This document shows, piece by piece, positions 1 through 10,421 of a stretch of DNA of 32,000 bases (positions are counted from its first letter, which is position 1; every line of letters begins with the position of its first letter). A program made the position numbers and the translations under genes. The notes beneath the pieces are model-generated. The model saw only the letters and a list, made by a program, of their open reading frames with translations, did not search any database and was not told the origin of the DNA. This DNA is from Synechococcus elongatus PCC 6301 (GTDB lineage: Bacteria > Cyanobacteriota > Cyanobacteriia > Synechococcales > Synechococcaceae). The stretch lies in contig NC_006576.1 of NCBI RefSeq assembly GCF_000010065.1, positions 2,130,001-2,162,000 on the forward strand, given 5' to 3'.

Positions 1-2
1 AC

Positions 3-167
3 GGTCAGGCAATTTACCTGACGACTGAAGCACAAACCCTCGAGAAGGAAGTGGGCCTGCAGCCGCCGACTGAAATCTATCGGGAAGAAAAGCTCGCTTA
101 CGACACCTTTAACCCGCAGGATCCAGTCGCTTACCTCGCATCTCAAAAGCAGAAATACGGGAGATAA
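3..167 (+). CDS. cynA: C-terminal end of the cyanate ABC transporter substrate-binding protein (partial, runs off the left edge)
   Basis: Open frame ...GQAIYLTTEAQTLEKEVGLQPPTEIYREEKLAYDTFNPQDPVAYLASQKQKYGR* ends in TAA at 165-167, immediately upstream of the permease gene. Identity rests mainly on operon context. Confidence 0.7.
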   Translation, partial: GQAIYLTTEAQTLEKEVGLQPPTEIYREEKLAYDTFNPQDPVAYLASQKQKYGR

Positions 168-176
168 ACACAACTT

Positions 177-968
177 ATGGTGAGAACTCCTGTACCGCTT
201 TACCTACGTTGGGCGGTCTCCATCCTCAGCGTGCTTGCGTTCCTAGCCATTTGGCAAATTGCGGCAGCTTCAGGATTTTTAGGCAAAACTTTTCCTGGCT
301 CCCTGCGCACTTTGCAGGATTTGTTTGGATGGCTTTCAGATCCCTTCTTTGATAACGGCCCCAATGACTTAGGGATTGGCTGGAACTTACTGATTAGTTT
401 GCGTCGCGTTGCGATCGGCTACCTGCTGGCAACAGTTGTTGCAATTCCTTTGGGGATTGCAATCGGTATGTCGGCGCTAGCTTCCAGTATTTTTTCGCCC
501 TTTGTGCAACTCCTGAAGCCAGTTTCACCTTTGGCCTGGTTGCCGATTGGTCTCTTCTTATTCCGAGATTCGGAATTGACGGGTGTTTTTGTCATCCTGA
601 TTTCGAGTCTGTGGCCAACGTTGATCAACACAGCGTTTGGGGTGGCGAATGTCAATCCTGACTTTTTGAAGGTTTCGCAATCTTTGGGAGCTAGTCGTTG
701 GCGCACGATTCTGAAGGTGATTCTGCCCGCAGCATTGCCCAGCATCATCGCGGGAATGCGGATCAGCATGGGCATTGCTTGGCTGGTCATTGTGGCAGCA
801 GAGATGCTGTTGGGAACAGGAATTGGCTATTTCATTTGGAATGAGTGGAATAACCTATCACTTCCTAATATTTTCTCGGCCATCATCATCATTGGGATTG
901 TTGGCATTCTTCTCGACCAAGGCTTCCGTTTTCTTGAGAACCAGTTTTCTTACGCAGGCAACCGATAA
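177..968 (+). CDS. cynB: Cyanate/nitrate-type ABC transporter permease
   Basis: 263 aa, multiple hydrophobic segments, NrtB/SsuC-like permease signature (AAALPSIIAGMRISMGIAWLVIVAAEML). Followed by an ATPase and cyanase. Confidence 0.9.
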   Translation: MVRTPVPLYLRWAVSILSVLAFLAIWQIAAASGFLGKTFPGSLRTLQDLFGWLSDPFFDNGPNDLGIGWNLLISLRRVAIGYLLATVVAIPLGIAIGMSALASSIFSPFVQLLKPVSPLAWLPIGLFLFRDSELTGVFVILISSLWPTLINTAFGVANVNPDFLKVSQSLGASRWRTILKVILPAALPSIIAGMRISMGIAWLVIVAAEMLLGTGIGYFIWNEWNNLSLPNIFSAIIIIGIVGILLDQGFRFLENQFSYAGNR

Positions 969-971
969 CCC

Positions 972-1841
972 ATGATTTCTGAAGCTGTGCCAGCCAAGGA
1001 GGAGACAGGGCAGGCTCAATTGCTGATTGAGCAAGTTGGCAAAGTTTTTACTGTCAATTCACCTTCTCTCCTCGATCGCCTTCGACAGCGATCGCCCAAA
1101 CGCTACGTTGCATTAGAAGATGTCAACCTCACGATCGCGTCGAACACATTTGTCTCGATTATTGGCCCTTCGGGTTGTGGTAAATCAACCCTTCTCAACT
1201 TGATTGCTGGCCTTGATTTACCAACGTCTGGCCAGATTCTGCTGGATGGTCAACGCATTCGATCGCCGGGGCCCGATCGTGGCATCGTCTTCCAGAACTA
1301 TGCCCTGATGCCCTGGATGACCGCGCTTGAGAATGTCATCTTTGCAGTTGAAACGGCGCGCCCAAACCTGAGCAAATCCCAAGCTCGCGAAGTGGCACGA
1401 GAGCATCTAGAGCTGGTGGGTTTAACCAAAGCTGCCGATCGCTATCCGGGCCAAATTTCAGGGGGGATGAAACAGCGCGTAGCGATCGCCCGTGCCCTCT
1501 CCATCCGTCCTAAGCTCCTGCTGATGGATGAACCCTTTGGTGCCTTGGATGCCCTCACCCGTGGCTACCTCCAAGAAGAAGTGCTGCGGATTTGGGAAGC
1601 CAACAAACTGAGTGTGGTGCTCATCACTCACAGTATTGATGAAGCACTGCTGCTTTCCGATCGCATTGTGGTGATGTCTCGTGGGCCACGAGCCACTATT
1701 CGAGAAGTGATTGATTTACCAGCCGTTCGCCCTCGGCAACGGTCTGTGATCGAAGAAGATGAGCGCTTCGTCAAAATCAAATTGCGCCTTGAAGAACATT
1801 TGTTCAACGAGACGCGTGCAGTTGAAGAAGCCAGTGTTTAG
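972..1841 (+). CDS. cynD: Cyanate/nitrate-type ABC transporter ATP-binding protein
   Basis: Walker [10 protein letters not shown], signature [14 protein letters not shown], Walker [13 protein letters not shown]. Three bp separate it from cynB. Confidence 0.92.
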   Translation: MISEAVPAKEETGQAQLLIEQVGKVFTVNSPSLLDRLRQRSPKRYVALEDVNLTIASNTFVSIIGPSGCGKSTLLNLIAGLDLPTSGQILLDGQRIRSPGPDRGIVFQNYALMPWMTALENVIFAVETARPNLSKSQAREVAREHLELVGLTKAADRYPGQISGGMKQRVAIARALSIRPKLLLMDEPFGALDALTRGYLQEEVLRIWEANKLSVVLITHSIDEALLLSDRIVVMSRGPRATIREVIDLPAVRPRQRSVIEEDERFVKIKLRLEEHLFNETRAVEEASV

Positions 1842-1851
1842 GAGAATTCCA

Positions 1852-2292
1852 ATGACCTCAGCGATTACTGAACAACTTCTGAAAGCGAAAAAAGCAAAGG
1901 GAATTACCTTTACTGAGCTTGAGCAATTACTTGGACGGGATGAAGTCTGGATTGCGAGTGTGTTCTACCGTCAATCTACGGCTTCGCCTGAAGAGGCAGA
2001 AAAGCTACTGACTGCTCTGGGCTTAGATCTGGCCTTGGCTGATGAGTTGACGACTCCGCCGGTCAAAGGTTGTTTGGAACCGGTGATTCCAACTGATCCG
2101 TTGATCTATCGCTTCTACGAAATCATGCAGGTCTATGGCTTGCCCCTCAAGGATGTTATCCAAGAAAAATTTGGCGATGGCATCATGAGTGCGATTGATT
2201 TCACCTTAGATGTCGATAAGGTTGAAGATCCCAAAGGCGATCGCGTTAAGGTCACGATGTGTGGCAAGTTCTTGGCGTACAAGAAGTGGTAA
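1852..2292 (+). CDS. cynS: Cyanate hydratase (cyanase)
   Basis: 146 aa from ATG 1852 with an upstream [40 protein letters not shown]...[32 protein letters not shown] is typical of cyanase. The track ORF begins earlier, at 1759, inside cynD and is over-extended. Confidence 0.96.
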   Translation: MTSAITEQLLKAKKAKGITFTELEQLLGRDEVWIASVFYRQSTASPEEAEKLLTALGLDLALADELTTPPVKGCLEPVIPTDPLIYRFYEIMQVYGLPLKDVIQEKFGDGIMSAIDFTLDVDKVEDPKGDRVKVTMCGKFLAYKKW

Positions 2293-2332
2293 ATACTGCT
2301 AGCTAATCAAGCTTCAATTCTTGATCACTGGA

Positions 2333-2362
2333 GGAGAGAGGTTTCCGCTTCTCTCCTTTTTT
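2333..2362 (+). terminator. Rho-independent terminator after cynS
   Basis: GGAGAGA (2333-2339) / TCTCTCC (2350-2356) stem followed by T6 (2357-2362). Confidence 0.85.
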
Positions 2363-2508
2363 GATTGGAATTCTCTCATTAACTACGATACCGCTCTGCA
2401 CTGAATGACCTCGAGCTGAGTGGAAGGTAGCTCGCCGCCGATGATAATGGCGCCTCTGGAAGAGTTTGGCTAAGCTGTGGACGGCGATCGCGGTTGTCTG
2501 TCTGTGCT

Positions 2509-2913
2509 ATGCCCTTGATTTCGGTGACCCGACTCAAGCTTAGAAATGTTCTTTATTTGCCCCGCTTGCTTCCCTTCTCGTTGCGATCGACGTGGCAGGC
2601 TAAACGAGCGCCTGGCAATCTGGGCGTTAAGCTGTTGCAGGATCGTAACTTGGCTTTTTGGACCTGCACCGCTTGGACGGATGAAGGAGCCATGCGTCGG
2701 TTCATGAGAGCGGATGCCCACGGGCAGGCCATGACGAAATTGATGGATTGGTGCAGCGAAGCCTCAGTCGTCCATTGGCAGCAGGATCAGCCAGACTTGC
2801 CCGACTGGCAGGAAGCTCACCGCCGCATGATCGCGGAGGGGCGCCCCTCCAAAGTGAACCATCCTTCGGCTGCCCACCAAGCATTTCAGGTCGATCCGCC
2901 GCGCCGCGCCTAG
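2509..2913 (+). CDS. Small DUF3291/monooxygenase-like protein
   Basis: 134 aa from ATG 2509 (the track ORF uses TTG 2494). Contains NLAFWTCTAWTDEGAMRRFMRADAHGQAMTKLMDWCSEASVVHW, which resembles small ABM-fold/DUF3291 proteins. Family assignment is tentative. Confidence 0.65.
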   Translation: MPLISVTRLKLRNVLYLPRLLPFSLRSTWQAKRAPGNLGVKLLQDRNLAFWTCTAWTDEGAMRRFMRADAHGQAMTKLMDWCSEASVVHWQQDQPDLPDWQEAHRRMIAEGRPSKVNHPSAAHQAFQVDPPRRA

Positions 2914-2955
2914 CTCAGTGACTGCGGTCGCGCTGTCTTGCATCATTGCTTCGCT

Positions 2956-3195
2956 CTACCAGCCCGGATCGCTGGCACAGTCCACGGTGATCTCACCCGA
3001 GGCGGCATCGGGAATCGCAGTGATACAGCCGCAGACTGGCTCGCCATCGAGGTCAACCTCGCAAGCATGACAGGAGCCCATCAGGCAGCCGGTGGGAATC
3101 CGTAAACCGGCTCGCTGCGCCACATTGAGTAGGGGTTCACCCACTTCAGCGGCCACGCGCACATCGTCGGGTAAGAAATGCACCGTAATCGTCAT
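2956..3195 (-). CDS. 2Fe-2S ferredoxin-like protein
   Basis: 79 aa with clustered cysteines TGCLMGSCHACEVDLDGEPVCGC, matching a plant-type [2Fe-2S] domain. Confidence 0.8.
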   Translation of the reverse strand: MTITVHFLPDDVRVAAEVGEPLLNVAQRAGLRIPTGCLMGSCHACEVDLDGEPVCGCITAIPDAASGEITVDCASDPGW

Positions 3196-3206
3196 AGGGC
3201 GATCGC

Positions 3207-4091
3207 TTAGAGAGGATTGTGCAAGAGGTCCAGTAGATACTGGCCATAGCCATTTTTACGGAGTGGCTCAGCTAACTGCTCAAGCTGGGTAGCCGTAATC
3301 CAGCCCTGGCGATAGGCGATTTCTTCCGGGCAGGCGATCTTGAGCCCCTGCCGTTTTTCCAGTGTCTGGATAAAACTGGCGGCATCGAGCAGGCTGTCGT
3401 GGGTGCCGGTGTCCAGCCAAGCCATCCCGCGCCCGAGCAGTTCCACCCGCAGGTGACCCCGCTGAAGGTACGCATTGTTGAGGTCGGTGATCTCTAGCTC
3501 TCCTCGGGTTGAGGGTCGGACTTGCTTTGCTAGCTCTACGACCTGCTGATCGTAGAAGTAGAGTCCCGTGACGGCATAGCGCGATCGCGGTTTCTTGGGC
3601 TTCTCTTCAATCGAAAGCACCCGCTGCTGGGCATCGAATTCTACAACGCCATAGCGCTCTGGATCGGCAACGCCGTAGGCAAAAACGGTTGCCCCCTGCG
3701 AACGCTGACTGGCTTGCTGGAGTTGTACCGCCAGATCGTCACCATGAAAAAGGTTGTCGCCCAGAATCAGAGCGGCGGGTGAGCCATTCAGGAATGATTC
3801 GCCAATCAAAAAGGCTTGCGCCAGACCTTCGGGAGCCGGCTGAATGGCATAGCTCAGCGAGAGTCCCCAGCGATCGCCGTTGCCCAAGAGCTGCGCAAAA
3901 CGATCGGTGTCTTGGGGGGTGGAGATAATCAAAATCTCACGAATGCCACTCAACATCAGCGTGCTGAGCGGGTAGTAAATCATCGGCTTGTCATAGACCG
4001 GCAGCAGCTGTTTGGAGACTGCATAGGTGGCGGGATAGAGCCGAGTGCCAGATCCACCCGCCAGAATGATGCCGCGCCGTGCCTCGGTCAT
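3207..4091 (-). CDS. rfbA: Glucose-1-phosphate thymidylyltransferase
   Basis: [57 protein letters not shown] is the canonical RfbA/RmlA N-terminus. Confidence 0.96.
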   Translation of the reverse strand: MTEARRGIILAGGSGTRLYPATYAVSKQLLPVYDKPMIYYPLSTLMLSGIREILIISTPQDTDRFAQLLGNGDRWGLSLSYAIQPAPEGLAQAFLIGESFLNGSPAALILGDNLFHGDDLAVQLQQASQRSQGATVFAYGVADPERYGVVEFDAQQRVLSIEEKPKKPRSRYAVTGLYFYDQQVVELAKQVRPSTRGELEITDLNNAYLQRGHLRVELLGRGMAWLDTGTHDSLLDAASFIQTLEKRQGLKIACPEEIAYRQGWITATQLEQLAEPLRKNGYGQYLLDLLHNPL

Positions 4092-5161
4092 ACTGTGGTT
4101 TCCTGCTCCTGTGTCAAGCCGAGGCGGCCACCATCATAGCCACTGCGTTGTCGGACTTTTTGGCACCAATCCAGATAATTGAGATACCAGCAAACCGTTT
4201 TGCGTAGACCCGTTTCAAAACTTTCTTGGGGTTGCCAACCGAGCTCACGCTCAATGCGGCTGGCATCGATCGCGTAGCGGCGATCGTGGCCGGGGCGATC
4301 GCGGACAAATTCCATCTGTTGGCGATAGGACTGCGATCGCGGCTTGAGTTCGTCCAACAGATCGCAAATCGTCTCAACGACTTGGAGATTGGTCCGTTCG
4401 TTAAAGCCGCCGATGTTGTAGGTCTCGCCGATCTGTCCTTTTAGTAAGACTTGTTCTAGGGCGCGGGTGTGATCTTCCACGTAGAGCCAGTCGCGGATAT
4501 TGCCGCCGTTGCCGTAGATCGGCAGTGGATTACCGGCGATCGCATTGAGGATGATTACAGGGATCAGCTTTTCAGGAAACTGCCATGGGCCGTAGTTGTT
4601 GGAGCAATTCGTGACCAAAACTGGCAGGCCATAGGTGTGATGCCAAGCCCGCACGAGATGATCGGAACTGGCTTTGCTTGCCGAGTAGGGCGATCGCGGA
4701 TCGTAGCGAGTTGCTTCAGTGAAAAGTCCAGTCTCGCCGAGGCTGCCATAGACCTCATCGGTAGAGATGTGATGAAAGCGAAAAGTCTGTTGCTCTGACT
4801 CTGATAATTCTTGCCAGTAACGGCGGGCAGCTTCTAGCAGATTAAAAGTGCCGAGGATATTACTTTCGATAAAGGGGCGGGGTGAATCGATGGAGCGATC
4901 GACGTGGGATTCCGCCGCCAAATGCATGACGGCAGTCGGTTGATAGGTCTGGAAAATTCGCGTCAGTGCAGCTTCATCCAGCAAATCAACTTGTTCAAAG
5001 ACATAGCGATCGCTGTCCTCAAAGGGTTGCAACGAGGTCAGATCGCTGGCATAGCTCAGTTTATCGAGGTTGATAATCCGAGCATCAAGGCGAGTGGTCA
5101 ACAAGTGTCGAATCAAGGCTGAGCCGATAAAGCCAGCACCACCCGTAATCAAAATCTTCAT
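4088..5161 (-). CDS. rfbB: dTDP-glucose 4,6-dehydratase
   Basis: GxxGxxG NAD-binding start ([19 protein letters not shown]), [23 protein letters not shown]. Confidence 0.96.
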   Translation of the reverse strand: MKILITGGAGFIGSALIRHLLTTRLDARIINLDKLSYASDLTSLQPFEDSDRYVFEQVDLLDEAALTRIFQTYQPTAVMHLAAESHVDRSIDSPRPFIESNILGTFNLLEAARRYWQELSESEQQTFRFHHISTDEVYGSLGETGLFTEATRYDPRSPYSASKASSDHLVRAWHHTYGLPVLVTNCSNNYGPWQFPEKLIPVIILNAIAGNPLPIYGNGGNIRDWLYVEDHTRALEQVLLKGQIGETYNIGGFNERTNLQVVETICDLLDELKPRSQSYRQQMEFVRDRPGHDRRYAIDASRIERELGWQPQESFETGLRKTVCWYLNYLDWCQKVRQRSGYDGGRLGLTQEQETTV

Positions 5162-6027
5162 TGGTTCTTTGCAACTTGCGTCAGCATTTGAGCCAAGGCA
5201 TGGCGCCAGTGTAGGGGATCGTGGCCAATCGCTCGATTAAAGTCGGCACAATCCAGCACGCTATAGGCCGGGCGGGTGGCTGGGGTCGGGTAGTCACTGC
5301 TGGGAATGGCAGCGATCGGGACTGCCTGCTGAAGTAATCCCAGCTCTAGGGCAAGGTCTTGAATGGCTACGGCAAAGTCATACCAACTGGCTACACCGGC
5401 ATCGGTGCAGTGGTGAATTCCCATGAGGTTCTGGGCGATCGCTTGCCAAAGAGCAGCGGCCAAACTATCAGTCCAGGTGGGTGTCCCAACCTGATCCCAG
5501 ACGACAGTGAGGTGATCGCGTTCTGCCATCAAGCGCAGCATCGTGGTGACAAAGTTGCGGCCACCTAGTCCATAAACCCAAGCTGTGCGTACAATCAGCG
5601 ATCGCTCGGGCAGAAACTGTAGGATTGCTTCTTCAGCGGCAGCTTTGGTTGTGCCATAGACGCTCAAGGGCTGGCGTTCAGCATCGGTTGGATAAGGCCG
5701 ATTGCGATCGCCATTAAAAACAAAATCTGTCGAGATTTGCAGTAAATTTCCACCCGTTTCAGCCAAACTTTCGGCCAGAATTCTGACTGAATTGCTGTTG
5801 ATTGCTATCGCCAGGGCTGGCTCAGATTCTGCTCGATCGACAGTGGTATAAGCACCGGCATTAATTACCCAGTCAGGACGAAGGGTCTGAATGGCTGCGC
5901 GGATCGCAGACTCGTCACTGAGATCGAGTTGCTGGCGACCGCAGGCAATCAGATCGACCCCATCAGGATGCGATCGCTGGAGGGCTTGCCCGACCTGTCC
6001 AGCAGCCCCTGTCAGTAAAACCTTCAT
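5158..6027 (-). CDS. rfbD: dTDP-4-dehydrorhamnose reductase
   Basis: [19 protein letters not shown]..., [35 protein letters not shown]. Confidence 0.95.
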   Translation of the reverse strand: MKVLLTGAAGQVGQALQRSHPDGVDLIACGRQQLDLSDESAIRAAIQTLRPDWVINAGAYTTVDRAESEPALAIAINSNSVRILAESLAETGGNLLQISTDFVFNGDRNRPYPTDAERQPLSVYGTTKAAAEEAILQFLPERSLIVRTAWVYGLGGRNFVTTMLRLMAERDHLTVVWDQVGTPTWTDSLAAALWQAIAQNLMGIHHCTDAGVASWYDFAVAIQDLALELGLLQQAVPIAAIPSSDYPTPATRPAYSVLDCADFNRAIGHDPLHWRHALAQMLTQVAKNQ

Positions 6028-6575
6028 ATGAATACCTCCGCTTCCAAGAGGTTAACGGCGGCGGCATCCTTGGCAGAGAGTTGCGGTTGCTGGCCGGCTG
6101 CTAAGGGCCAGTCGATTGCGATCGCCGGATCATCCCAGCGGAGCGATCGCTCGTGAGTAGGTGCGTAGTAATCAGTCGTTTTGTAGAGCACTTCAGCGCT
6201 CTCAGAGAGCACCAGGAAGCCATGGGCAAAGCCAGGGGGAACCCAGAGCTGACGATGATTGTCTGCAGACAGCCGCTCCCCAACCCACTGGCCAAATTGG
6301 GGTGAACTCTGGCGTAGATCGACGGCAACATCGAAGATTTCACCGACTACACAGCGGACTAATTTGCCCTGTGCCTGCTGGATTTGATAGTGCAATCCCC
6401 GCAGTACGCCCTGTTGCGATCGCGAATGATTGTCTTGGACAAAGGTCACATTTAGACCCGTTAGCTCGGCAAAGGTGCGAGCGTTGAAGCTTTCCAAGAA
6501 GAACCCACGATCGTCCCCAAAAACCTTGGGCTCCAAAATGCAGACATCAGCGAGAGCGGTGTGGCGGATCTGCAT
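6024..6575 (-). CDS. rfbC: dTDP-4-dehydrorhamnose 3,5-epimerase
   Basis: DERGFFLESFNARTF...FVQDNHSRSQQGVLRGLHYQ...FDVAVDLRQSSPQFGQWVGERLSADNHRQLWVPPGFAHGFLVLS. Confidence 0.96.
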   Translation of the reverse strand: MQIRHTALADVCILEPKVFGDDRGFFLESFNARTFAELTGLNVTFVQDNHSRSQQGVLRGLHYQIQQAQGKLVRCVVGEIFDVAVDLRQSSPQFGQWVGERLSADNHRQLWVPPGFAHGFLVLSESAEVLYKTTDYYAPTHERSLRWDDPAIAIDWPLAAGQQPQLSAKDAAAVNLLEAEVFI

Positions 6576-6634
6576 AGCTTCCCTTCGGAGCGATCGTTGG
6601 TGAACATACCACTAACACCGCTGCAGCTTCGAGT

Positions 6635-7561
6635 GTGTTCATGTCATCTTCTGCCTCCCTGATTTGGCCGCGCGAGTTGGCAGATGTCCTCTGGCTCCTG
6701 CAAAGTCCAGCCATCATTCGCCGTGATCGCTATCCCTTGGTGGGTGATGCACGCTTGTATTTGGCGGGTCGGCAGCTCCGAGCCCAGTGGCAAGACCAAG
6801 ATCGCGATCGCTTAGCGGCTGAAGCAGCAGCTTGGGTTGCAGCGCAACCTCGCACCTATAAATTAGGCATCCGTGCTGAGGCGCTTCTCGTTTGGGCACT
6901 GCGTCAGTTGCCGCGCTTTCGTCTTTTGGCGCATCAACTGCAATTGCGCGATGGCTCAACCTGTCTGGGTGAGCTGGATTTCCTGATTGAGGATCGCGCG
7001 CTGGGGCGATATGAACATTGGGAATTGGCGCTCAAGTTCTTCGGGTGGAGCGGCGAGCAGTGGATCGGGCCAGATAGCAAAGATCAGCCCACTCAAAAGC
7101 TAGAGCGAATGCAGGGGCGTCAGTTGAGTTTGAGCCAAACACCTGCGTTTCAGCAGTGGCTACAGCAGCACCATCCCGCAGCAACCGCTGGGCCTTGGCA
7201 GCGGCGTTTACTCTCGCGGGGGTTTGCCTTTATCCCTTGGGGAATGCCTTTTCCAAACAGTCAGCAAGAAGTGTCCCTGCAAGCGCAACAGGGGTGGCTA
7301 GTTCATCGCGATCGCCTGCCACCCACAACTGTGTTCCCCTTTGTTCATGGCTGGGTGAGTTTGCCACGGGAGTTGTGGATGTCGCGCTACGTGCACGATC
7401 GCGATCGCCATGGCTGCTTGGCGGCAGCTGCCAGCTTACAGGAACTGGAAGCGATCGCCCCTCAAGATGCCGCCCAACTCGTCGTTGGTCTTGGTGTAGG
7501 GGGCGTGGAAGTGACACGAGGATTTCTGGTGCATTCTCATTGGCCGCTAGTTGCAATCTAG
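6635..7561 (+). CDS. DUF1853-like protein
   Basis: 308 aa ORF with ELADVLWLLQSPAI...LGELDFLIEDRALGRYEHWELALKFFGW, characteristic of DUF1853. The GELDF...E.K motif resembles a nuclease fold, but function is unknown. Confidence 0.8.
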   Translation: MFMSSSASLIWPRELADVLWLLQSPAIIRRDRYPLVGDARLYLAGRQLRAQWQDQDRDRLAAEAAAWVAAQPRTYKLGIRAEALLVWALRQLPRFRLLAHQLQLRDGSTCLGELDFLIEDRALGRYEHWELALKFFGWSGEQWIGPDSKDQPTQKLERMQGRQLSLSQTPAFQQWLQQHHPAATAGPWQRRLLSRGFAFIPWGMPFPNSQQEVSLQAQQGWLVHRDRLPPTTVFPFVHGWVSLPRELWMSRYVHDRDRHGCLAAAASLQELEAIAPQDAAQLVVGLGVGGVEVTRGFLVHSHWPLVAI

Positions 7562-7570
7562 GCAATTAGA

Positions 7571-9565
7571 CTACGTCGTCTCAAGGAGTCGAACACCCCC
7601 CAAACAAACGCGATTGCGTCCTAATTCTTTCGCTTGGTAGAGTGCTTGGTCTGCGGCTCCAATCAGTGCTTCAGGTGACTTATGAGGCGTGGGAACCCAG
7701 GTGACGGCTCCTAAACTTAGGCTGACCGACGAGCACACTGATGAACTTCGATGGGGAATTTTGAGCTGCTGAACAGCGGATCGCATCGATTCTGCAATTT
7801 GCAATATGCCTTGTTCATTCGTATTAGGTAAAATCACCACAAATTCCTCGCCGCCATAACGGGCAACTAAGTCAGCAGGGCGAGCGATGACTTGAGTGAG
7901 CGCAGTGGCAACTGCCTTAAGACAGTCGTCTCCAGCTTGGTGACCGTAGGTATCATTAAATTGCTTAAAGCAATCGATATCAATCAGGATTAATCCTAGG
8001 GGATGCTGCTCTCGTATTGCCCGCTGCCATTCGATGTCTAAACACTGATCAAAATGCCGACGATTGGCTAAGCCTGTGAGTCCATCAGATTGGGCCAGTC
8101 GCAAGAGCTGTTGATTGGCGGCAGCGAGTTGAGCATAAAGACGGGCTTGCTGGATCGCAATGCCGACCTGAGTGGCTAATTGCTTTAGCAGGTCAATCTC
8201 TAGCTTTTCCCAGCGACGAGGTTGTGAGTTTTGGCCAACAATTAAAAGTCCCCACAGTATTTCTTGGGCAAAAATTGGAGCGACAAGACTGGCTCGCAGT
8301 TGGAGGCGTTTGAGCAAGGTTGCATTGGTGAGCTCTAAGCCCTGGGCTTGCAGATCGGGAATGGAGTGAATCCGATCGCAACTATAGAAAGTTGGATCAA
8401 TCTCCTGCAGAATTGCTTCAAGTTCGGCGTTCCCTTGAATCAGAGTTTGGTTAGAGTCAGTTGACTCCGCAGCGATCGCTCCTTGCTGATTTGGCTGAAA
8501 CCGATAAATAAGCACTCGTTCAGCTTTGAGGAATTGACGAACTTCTGAAACAGTGGTTACCAAGATTTCATCGAGCTGTAGTGATTCTCGAATCCGTTGA
8601 GCAGTTCGATTGACCAAGCGTTCGCGATAAATTTGCTGTTGTAAAGCTGCTTTGGCTCGTTTTCGTTCCAGGGCTTTGCGCTCAAGTTTCTCATTGGCTG
8701 CATCTAGCGCAACTGTTCGCTCTCCCACCATCTGCTGTAAAGTCTCAATCGTGAGAGTTGCCTCAACGGGATCGATCATATGAATGAGGCTGGTTTGGGT
8801 GAGTAGGCCAACCATAATATTGCGCTCGTCAACCACAAGCAGTCGCCGGATCTTGCGAGCTCTCATGTATTGATTAGCTTGCCAAAGCGTATCGCTAGCC
8901 TGAATAAAAACTGGCGGTGAACCCATGAAATCAGCAGCTATTGTTTGGCTTAAATCAGCGCCCTGAACTTGCAAATGTAAAATATCGCGTTCAGTGACTA
9001 GGCCAATCGGTTTAGGAAAGCCTGAAGGATCTTTCTCCGTAATGACAACACAACTAATTAGGCGATCGCTCATTAATTCAGCTAGCGATAAAGCCGATTG
9101 ATAGCGGTCAGCACAAATGATCGACTTCACCATCACCTCGGAGACTCGCCACAGCCGTAGTAAATCGATCGGTTTTAATAGCCGCCGAATCCCTTCATAG
9201 GTCATGATGCCAATAAGCTGATGGGTGGCATTGACGACCGGCAGATGTCGAACGTTGTACTGACGAAAGAGGTTCAGTGTCCTAATAACGTCGTAAATAT
9301 CTGATTCTTGAATCGTCGTCACAGTCGAAGTTGCGACCTCTTCAATCGGTGTTGAAGTGATCGTGATTCCGATGGCCGTGAGCCGGACTAAATCCCGCTC
9401 TGTGAAAATACCAACAAGGGTTTGATTCGATTCCATCAACAGCACATAGCTGGAATGCTGCCGCTCCATCACTGCCAGAACCTGAGCAACCGGCAAAGTT
9501 GGCGCAACTGTGAGTGGCTGCCGATCGATGGCTTCTTCAAGCTCGAACATCGGAATCTTTGTCAT
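7571..9565 (-). CDS. Diguanylate cyclase with tandem CBS domains and a GAF domain
   Basis: N-terminal repeated CBS-like segments (VLMESNQTLVGIFTERDLVR; RHLPVVNATHQLIGIMTYEGI; further copies), a central GAF-like region, and a C-terminal GGDEF domain with ARYGGEEFVVILPNT. Confidence 0.92.
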   Translation of the reverse strand: MTKIPMFELEEAIDRQPLTVAPTLPVAQVLAVMERQHSSYVLLMESNQTLVGIFTERDLVRLTAIGITITSTPIEEVATSTVTTIQESDIYDVIRTLNLFRQYNVRHLPVVNATHQLIGIMTYEGIRRLLKPIDLLRLWRVSEVMVKSIICADRYQSALSLAELMSDRLISCVVITEKDPSGFPKPIGLVTERDILHLQVQGADLSQTIAADFMGSPPVFIQASDTLWQANQYMRARKIRRLLVVDERNIMVGLLTQTSLIHMIDPVEATLTIETLQQMVGERTVALDAANEKLERKALERKRAKAALQQQIYRERLVNRTAQRIRESLQLDEILVTTVSEVRQFLKAERVLIYRFQPNQQGAIAAESTDSNQTLIQGNAELEAILQEIDPTFYSCDRIHSIPDLQAQGLELTNATLLKRLQLRASLVAPIFAQEILWGLLIVGQNSQPRRWEKLEIDLLKQLATQVGIAIQQARLYAQLAAANQQLLRLAQSDGLTGLANRRHFDQCLDIEWQRAIREQHPLGLILIDIDCFKQFNDTYGHQAGDDCLKAVATALTQVIARPADLVARYGGEEFVVILPNTNEQGILQIAESMRSAVQQLKIPHRSSSVCSSVSLSLGAVTWVPTPHKSPEALIGAADQALYQAKELGRNRVCLGGVRLLETT

Positions 9566-9793
9566 CAGACTGTTCCTAGCCCTAGTGCGGTTTGTCGAGG
9601 TCTGTCGTGCACGATTCCGTGACAGTCAGTCAGTGTTGATCCCCGTGTCTATCGTTCCCGCTTTGGGCAGTAGAGCGGCTCTCTTATCGATTGTTGACCA
9701 TGAGCGTGAGGCCTCTCGAGAGTGCTCTCTGAGTGAGGTTGATGGCTGGGGCCGATTAGCTGAAATTTATTTCAATGAAAGTAAACAGATTGT

Positions 9794-10177
9794 TTAAGTC
9801 GTGGGATCCAAGCGATCGCAGGCAAAGTCTTGGCGATCGCCCACTTTCAAAAAGAAGGTGGGATGCTCAGGATCAGTAAGTCCCCAAAACCATTTGTTAT
9901 CGCTGTAAGTCGGAGCACCGGCAATGTTGGTGCGGGGCAACTGTAAATTCAAGTTGCGCCAACGCAAGACAACAAAGGCTCCGGGCAAAGTTCCAGTCAG
10001 CTGATTATTGACCCGTGGGTCATCCACAGGGCCGTTATCGTACAGAGCGACCAGCGGTTCTTGGACACAGCTGTAAGTCACTTCAGTTCTAGCAGCAAGG
10101 GCAGTCGGCTGTAGCCCCAGCCAGAGAACCAGGGCGATCGCGATCGCTGCTAGCCGCCCTATCCATCGATCTGCCAT
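9794..10177 (-). CDS. Small secreted or lipid-associated hypothetical protein
   Basis: 127 aa with an N-terminal signal-peptide-like segment (RLAAIAIALVLWLGLQPTALAA) and two cysteines (CVQ, CDR). Confidence 0.65.
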   Translation of the reverse strand: MADRWIGRLAAIAIALVLWLGLQPTALAARTEVTYSCVQEPLVALYDNGPVDDPRVNNQLTGTLPGAFVVLRWRNLNLQLPRTNIAGAPTYSDNKWFWGLTDPEHPTFFLKVGDRQDFACDRLDPTT

Positions 10178-10286
10178 GCCTGTTCACTCTCTACTGCGAT
10201 CGCTGCCTGAGATTCTATCGGTTGCGCTCCCTGAGGGTCGATTCAGGCTGCTCAAGGGAATGTGGTCGCTCAAAAATAACTTTGCT

Positions 10287-10330
10287 AAAAAAGCACTCAG
10301 CTCATGACTGTTCTGAAACAAGCTGAGTGC
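10287..10330 (-). terminator. Rho-independent terminator downstream of the CO2-uptake operon
   Basis: Perfect 10-bp inverted repeat GCACTCAGCT (10293-10302) / AGCTGAGTGC (10321-10330), with A6 at 10287-10292 that reads as T6 on the minus strand. Confidence 0.85.
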
Positions 10331-10421
10331 GCTTAAGGCGGTCGCCTACCTTGATCGTCCGTACTCAAGGAACGATTGAGAGAGGTTTAAATACCTGAGG
10401 CTGGAAAGTCAAAAGAATCCG

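Noticed and set aside
1759-1851. N-terminal extension of cynS in the track
   Set aside because: It overlaps the end of cynD and the added residues are not cyanase-like. ATG 1852 with GGAG gives the normal length.
9510-9797. 95-aa plus-strand ORF between the GGDEF gene and the small secreted protein
   Set aside because: It starts inside the GGDEF gene on the opposite strand and has no recognisable motif. It could be real but cannot be supported.
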